Below are positions 34,891 through 40,364 of a stretch of 40,364 bases of DNA, piece after piece. The notes under the pieces were generated by a model. That model did no database searches. It had not been told where the DNA came from and saw only the letters and a list, made by a program, of their open reading frames with translations. Location: contig NW_021835404.1 in the NCBI RefSeq assembly GCF_006345805.1, positions 1-40,364 of the forward strand. The letters are read 5' to 3'. A program made the position numbers and the translations under genes. This stretch comes from Octopus sinensis. Taxonomy: Eukaryota. The stretch's first letter is position 1; each line of letters starts with the position of its first letter.

Positions 34891-35442
34891 GAGTGAGAGA
34901 GCAGTGCATGCCATCAAAGTGACACTGGGGTAAAATATACGAAGCCCAATATACCCATCATGACTACCCGTCTGATAAAGGTACACCAGGCACATGCATC
35001 ACAACCATATGTGCGCGACATGGTGATCTCATATCAAGATAAACAGCACATGACCTTGCAGGTGGGGCCCAATTAGAATTTTCTCAGGTTGAGTAGCCCA
35101 TCCCGCTCAAACGGTCCCTGAATAAGGGTTGTTTAAGGATGTTGAAAGAACCACTCATGTTTCCAGAGGTGAACTATTCAAACCCCAAAGAATCACTCTC
35201 AACACATGGCTATGATGCTCCCCCACTACTTCTGCTCGTGATCAGAGATGCACATATCGTCAGCCACTAAGGGACATGCTCAACTGGTTAAGGTCAAACA
35301 ATTGACAAGCAAATCTGTGGTATTGAGCAGAATATTTGCTGTAGCCCATCTTTTATACCAAGACAAAACAATGTACATGATAACACTTCCAATCAGTTAA
35401 GATCAGAAGCCATGAGAGCCACTGCTGGTACTGCATCAGGGC
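34891..35442 (-). mobile_element. ~550-bp non-coding element embedded in (TAA)/(TGA) microsatellite, copy 1
   Basis: Nearly identical to 35788-36337; both ends abut trinucleotide tracts; no ORF or terminal inverted repeat. The strand is inferred from neighbouring elements. Confidence 0.75.
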
Positions 35443-35493
35443 ATTTATTATTATTATTATTATTATTATTATATTATTATTATTATTATTATT

Positions 35494-35578
<85 letters not shown>

Positions 35579-35618
35579 ATCATTATTATTATTATTATTA
35601 TATATTATTATTATTATT

Positions 35619-35741
<123 letters not shown>

Positions 35742-35787
35742 TATTATTATTATTATTATTATTATCATTATTATTATTATTATTATT

Positions 35788-36334
35788 GAGTGAGAGAGCA
35801 GTGCATGCCATCAAAGTGACACTGGGGTAAAATATACGAAGCCCAATATACCCATCATGACTACCCGTCTGATAAAGGTACACCAGGCACATGCATCACA
35901 ACCATATGTGCGCGACATGGTGATCGCATATCAAGATAAACAGCACATGACCTTGCAGGTGGGGCCCAATTAGAATTTTCTTCAGGTTGAGTAGCCCATC
36001 CCGCTCAAACGGTCCCTGAATAAGGGTTGTTTAAGGATGTTGAAAGAACTACCCATGTTTCCAGAGGTGAACTATTCAAACCCCAAAGAATCCCTCTCAA
36101 CACATGGCTATGATGCTCCCCCACTACTTCTGCTCATGATCAGAGATGCACATATCGTCAGCCACTAAGGGACATGCTCAACTGGTTACGGTCAAACAAC
36201 TGTCAAGCAAATCTGTGGTATTGAGCAGAATATTTGCTGTAGCCCATCTTTTATACCAAGACAAAACAATGTACATGATAACACTTCCAATCAGTTAAGA
36301 TCAGAAGCCATGAGAGCCACTGCCTGGTACTGCA

Positions 36335-36337
<3 letters not shown>
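35788..36337 (-). mobile_element. ~550-bp non-coding element, copy 2
   Basis: Direct repeat of 34891-35442. Confidence 0.75.
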
Positions 36338-36367
<30 letters not shown>

Positions 36368-36408
36368 TATTATTATTATTATTATTATTGTTATTGTTAT
36401 TGTTATTG

Positions 36409-36439
<31 letters not shown>

Positions 36440-36454
36440 ATTATTATTATTATT

Positions 36455-36583
<129 letters not shown>

Positions 36584-36634
36584 ATTGTTATGTTATTATT
36601 ATATTATTATTATTATTATTATTATTATTTATTA

Positions 36635-36696
<62 letters not shown>

Positions 36697-36697
36697 A

Positions 36698-37815
36698 TAT
36701 GTTTGACTTTTGCTTTATGTTTGTACAAGTTGGCTCCAAGTCTCACCCAGAGACCTCAAGAGACAACAGGTTGGAAGTTCATGTTATTGTTATGCCTAGT
36801 GTGCCATATATTTGGTTTTTTTGTGTTGTACTAGTGAATGTCTAATAAATAAATTAAAAAAAAAAAAAAAATGTTTGTTTTAAACCTTGAGATTACATAG
36901 AGAGTATTTTGCGTAGGATATGAGCAGTTCCCATGAGCACTATCTTTTGAATTTCTGCCATTTTGGGGTTTCCTGGTATCTGAGTTAGGTAGCAATCAGC
37001 CCCTTTCGCTATCATTCCCAGGGAACCTATGACAACAGGTATTGTTTTAGTCTTCAGCTTCCACATTTTGCTGATTTCTATTTCAAGATCTTTATATTTG
37101 CTCAGTTTTTGGTAGCTCTTGACAGATACGTTTATATCGATTGGGACAGTCATATCAATGAGGAGGCATGTTCTTTATTTGAAGTCTTTTAATATGATGT
37201 CTGGCCTATTTGCATCTATTTTTCTGTCAGTTTGAATGGTGAAGTTCCAGAGGAGTGAGATGTGGTCATTTTCAAGCACACTGGAGGTGGATTGTGTTCC
37301 CACCAGTTTTTTTCATTGGGGCAAATCCAGGTTTTTGCAAATTACCCAGTGAATATATTGTGCAGCTCTATCATGCCTGTTGAGGTACTCTGTAGGCGCT
37401 AGAAGACTGCACTTGGAGACAACATGGTCAATGGTTTCATTTTGTTGTCGACATACACGACATGTTGGGCTACTGCCGTTCTTTAATATGTTGGCCTGGT
37501 AGTTTCTTGTTGGTAGGCATTGATATTGAGCTGCTATGATAAACCCTTCTTTTTCAGATTTTAAGCCATAGGCCATTAACGATTGTTGGGTCAGCGCTTT
37601 GTCAATATCTGCATTATTCGCTCTCTTTGGGTATTTGCCATAAAGAGGTTTTTCTTACCATTTATTATTCAGAATATCTAAGGCCGCAGTTTTGGCACGG
37701 GTTTTCATGCGCTTAGATTTTTCTGTGCTTTTTTCTCGTATGACTATCTCTAATTCCGAAATTTGTTGTATTCGGAATTCACTTAGATATTCCTTTGCCT
37801 GTTTTGTTACTGAGT
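36698..37815 (-). mobile_element. 5'-truncated R4/Dong element (third lineage)
   Basis: GLKSEKEGFIIAAQ, CRVC..HVVSKC, RHD, RPD..IDMTVP..KLSKY..LRKILSM*; flanked by (TAA)n on both sides. Confidence 0.92.
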
Positions 37816-37864
37816 ATTATTATTATTATTATTATCCTTATTATTATTATTATTATTATCATTA

Positions 37865-39629
37865 TTCAGTAGTCTTATTTTTATAGCGTGCTTTCACTTC
37901 ACTACCGAGCGCAGCTCTGTGTGCCTTGGGTATGTGCTGTGATTTGTTGTGATGCTCTGATGGTTATTGTATGGAAAGTGTTCTGCGTAGGAGGTGTGCA
38001 GTGCCTAGTAGTGCAATTTCTGTATGTTATATGTGTTTGTAAGTCCTGGTGTTTTTGTTATGTATTTGTCTGAATATTTTCTTATCATGCCTAATGCACC
38101 TACTATGATAGGAATTGTTTCTGTTTTCAGATTCCACATTCTAGTTACCTCTATTTCCAGGTCTTTGTATTTTGAGAGTTTCTCCATTTCTTTTAGAGAC
38201 ACGTTGTCATCTGCCGTATTGATACATCAATTAGAAAGCATTGTTTTTCTTCATGATCTCTGACAACTATATCTGGTCTGTTGGCCTTAATTTCTCTATC
38301 CGTGTGTATCGGCATATCCCAGAGTATGGTTGCTTTCACGTTTTCTGTGACCTTTTCTGGTGTGTGCCTATACCATCTTTTTTCTGTTGTTATTCCATAA
38401 TGTTGGCATAGCTTCCAATGTATGTAGGTTCCAACTCTGTCATGTCTGTGAATATATTCCTTCTTAGCCAGGACTGGGCAGCCAGAGATAATATGATTTA
38501 TTGTTTCTTGTCCATCTCCACATATTCTGCAGTTACTTGTAATATTTCTTTTCATTACATGTTTTTGGTAATTTCTGGTGGGGAGGCTTTGGTCTTGTGC
38601 TGCAATTAAAAATCCCTCTGTTTCTGCTTTGAGTCTGAGCTTCTCAACCATTGCTGGGATTTTTCTTTGTCTATTTCTTTTGCGCTTAGTTTAGTCCAGT
38701 ATTTACCATGAAGGGGCTTTTCTTGCCATCGTTTTATCATGGTTCGTTGCTGTTCTATTTTTAGTTTGGATTTCATTTGTTTTATAGCTTTTGTTGTTTC
38801 TTCATCTTCTTCTTCTTCTTCTTGTTTATTAGGTGGTATGATTTCTTGTTTGTATTTGTCAGCTTCCTTAAATACTGAGAACAGTTTTTTTGTTTTGCTC
38901 GTGTTTTGCCGCTATCTGGATCAGTTTTCCTTCCTTCTGAAGTAGATATTTTTGCAGTCCTATGGTGGTTATTTTATAGTAGTTTTCCAGCTGTATAAGG
39001 CCTCTACCACCTTCTATACGTTGTATATATAGTCTTTCTATGTCAGATTTTGGGTGATGCATCCTAGATCCTGTCATTATTTTTCTTGTTTTCCTATCTA
39101 TTTTGGTCAGTTCATTTCGTGTCCAGTTAAGGATATTGTAGCTGTAACTATAACTGGGACAGCTAAAGTGTTGATACCTATTATCTTGTTTTTAGCATTG
39201 AGCTCTGTGTTTAGTATTGATCTAACTCGTCTATAATATTCTTTTTTTATTTTCTCTTTCATTTGTGTGTGTTGTGTCTTATCTAGTTCATGGATTCCTA
39301 AGTATTTGTAAGTTTGGCTTTGGTCTAATTCTTTTATTTCATTGGTTTTATCTAGTGTGATGTTGTTACTCTTAACTAGTTTTCCGCTTTTCAGGGTTAC
39401 TTTGGCGCATTTTTCTAATCCAAATTTCATATCTATTTTTTTGGTAAATCCATGAACTGTCTTTAATAGTGTTTCCAGCTGTTTGTCATTTGGCCTTTCT
39501 TCTTTCTGTGGCTGTCTTCAGTTAGGCTTTATTAATCATTAGTTGATCTTTACAGCCATATGAGCCTTTGCGGCATCCTTTCTGCTCTTCTGGGAACAGT
39601 TTGTTTTCGTGCAGGTGCTTGTCCAGTGC

Positions 39630-39630
<1 letters not shown>
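37865..39630 (-). mobile_element. 5'-truncated, internally deleted R4/Dong element (fourth lineage)
   Basis: EQKGCRKGSYGCKDQL joined at ~39490 directly to NDKQLETLL..MKFGLEKC (RT core missing), then MHHPK, CRICG..HIISGC, RHD and RPD..IDVSI; flanked by (TAA)n. Confidence 0.92.
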
Positions 39631-39712
<82 letters not shown>

Positions 39713-39765
39713 ATTATTTTATTATTATTATCATCATCATCATCATCATCATCATTATTATATTA
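39630..39765. repeat. (TAT)n/(CAT)n microsatellite
   Basis: Directly visible; similar tracts at 34620-34890, 35443-35787, 36338-36697 and 37815-37865. Confidence 0.95.
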
Positions 39766-39825
39766 TACACTGTAGTTAATAATCCATAAAAGACCCTGAA
39801 GTACCTTTAATCTTATTAAAGAATA

Positions 39826-40362
39826 TCAAATAACTGGATTAACGTCTCCGGCATATGCATTAATTCTTTCGATAATTTTATCTAACATGGTTATTGTTAA
39901 CCTACGATTTGTATTTATTATAGACAACAATTTAGGTATCATAGACGTCATCAATATCAAAGTAATCCTTGTGAACGCTGATAAGTTCAAGTCTTCTCGA
40001 CTTATTATATTGTTGCAAGCAAAGAAAAAAGATACGATTAGAAACAGTTTTATAATGGATTTACCAATCTCGTATCTCAATGGAAAATGATTGTTAACAA
40101 TTGTCTTGAACAGCTTAGCGTTTATGAATTCCTCTCCATAGCTTGACTGAACCAAACTTGGACAAACAGTTTTGGTGAGTTTTATAGACTGAACTATTAT
40201 TGAGTTATACTGCTTTATGATGGCGTTCACAATTGCAACGGTATACACAAAAAACATGGCAACACACCATACGTCACTGACATTATCAGGTTCAGTAAGA
40301 ATTGTAGCAGCTATCGTAAATATGAAATTGCATGTGATTTGAAAACTTGTAAGAAATATATA
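39826..40362 (-). CDS. 3' end of uncharacterised multi-pass membrane protein gene (copy 2), continuing beyond the window
   Basis: The frame is open from the window edge: YIFLTSFQITCNFIFTIAATILTEPDNVSDVWCVAMFFVYTVAIVNAII...KLFLIVSFFFACNNII...ITLILMTSMIPKLLSII...NPVI*. Clear paralogue of 7397-7795, with many silent differences. Confidence 0.85.
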   Translation of the reverse strand, partial: YIFLTSFQITCNFIFTIAATILTEPDNVSDVWCVAMFFVYTVAIVNAIIKQYNSIIVQSIKLTKTVCPSLVQSSYGEEFINAKLFKTIVNNHFPLRYEIGKSIIKLFLIVSFFFACNNIISREDLNLSAFTRITLILMTSMIPKLLSIINTNRRLTITMLDKIIERINAYAGDVNPVI

Positions 40363-40364
40363 GA

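Overview
Repeat-saturated animal genomic DNA, most likely from a coleoid cephalopod (Octopus-like). This is inferred from the tRNA/CORE-type SINEs with internal (TA)n(TG)n tracts, the abundant R4/Dong retrotransposons and the extreme microsatellite load. The only host-gene content is two tandem minus-strand paralogues of an uncharacterised membrane-protein family: signal peptide, six-Cys glycosylated ectodomain and about 9 hydrophobic segments, with a single coding exon in copy 1. Copy 1 (7397-9394) is disrupted downstream of an intact ectodomain. Copy 2 (39826 to beyond the right edge) is open as far as visible. The 3' flank of copy 2 is split by a ~10 kb stack of co-oriented retroelements sitting in what is only a ~30-bp (TAA/TAG)n tract in copy 1. 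The rest is decayed Tc1, mariner, piggyBac, CR1-type, Penelope-like and Gypsy remnants, an LTR with an unusually long tRNA-Trp primer-binding site, SINEs, local duplications and microsatellites. Most ORF-track entries are microsatellite or antisense artefacts. All calls are by eye; no database search was run.
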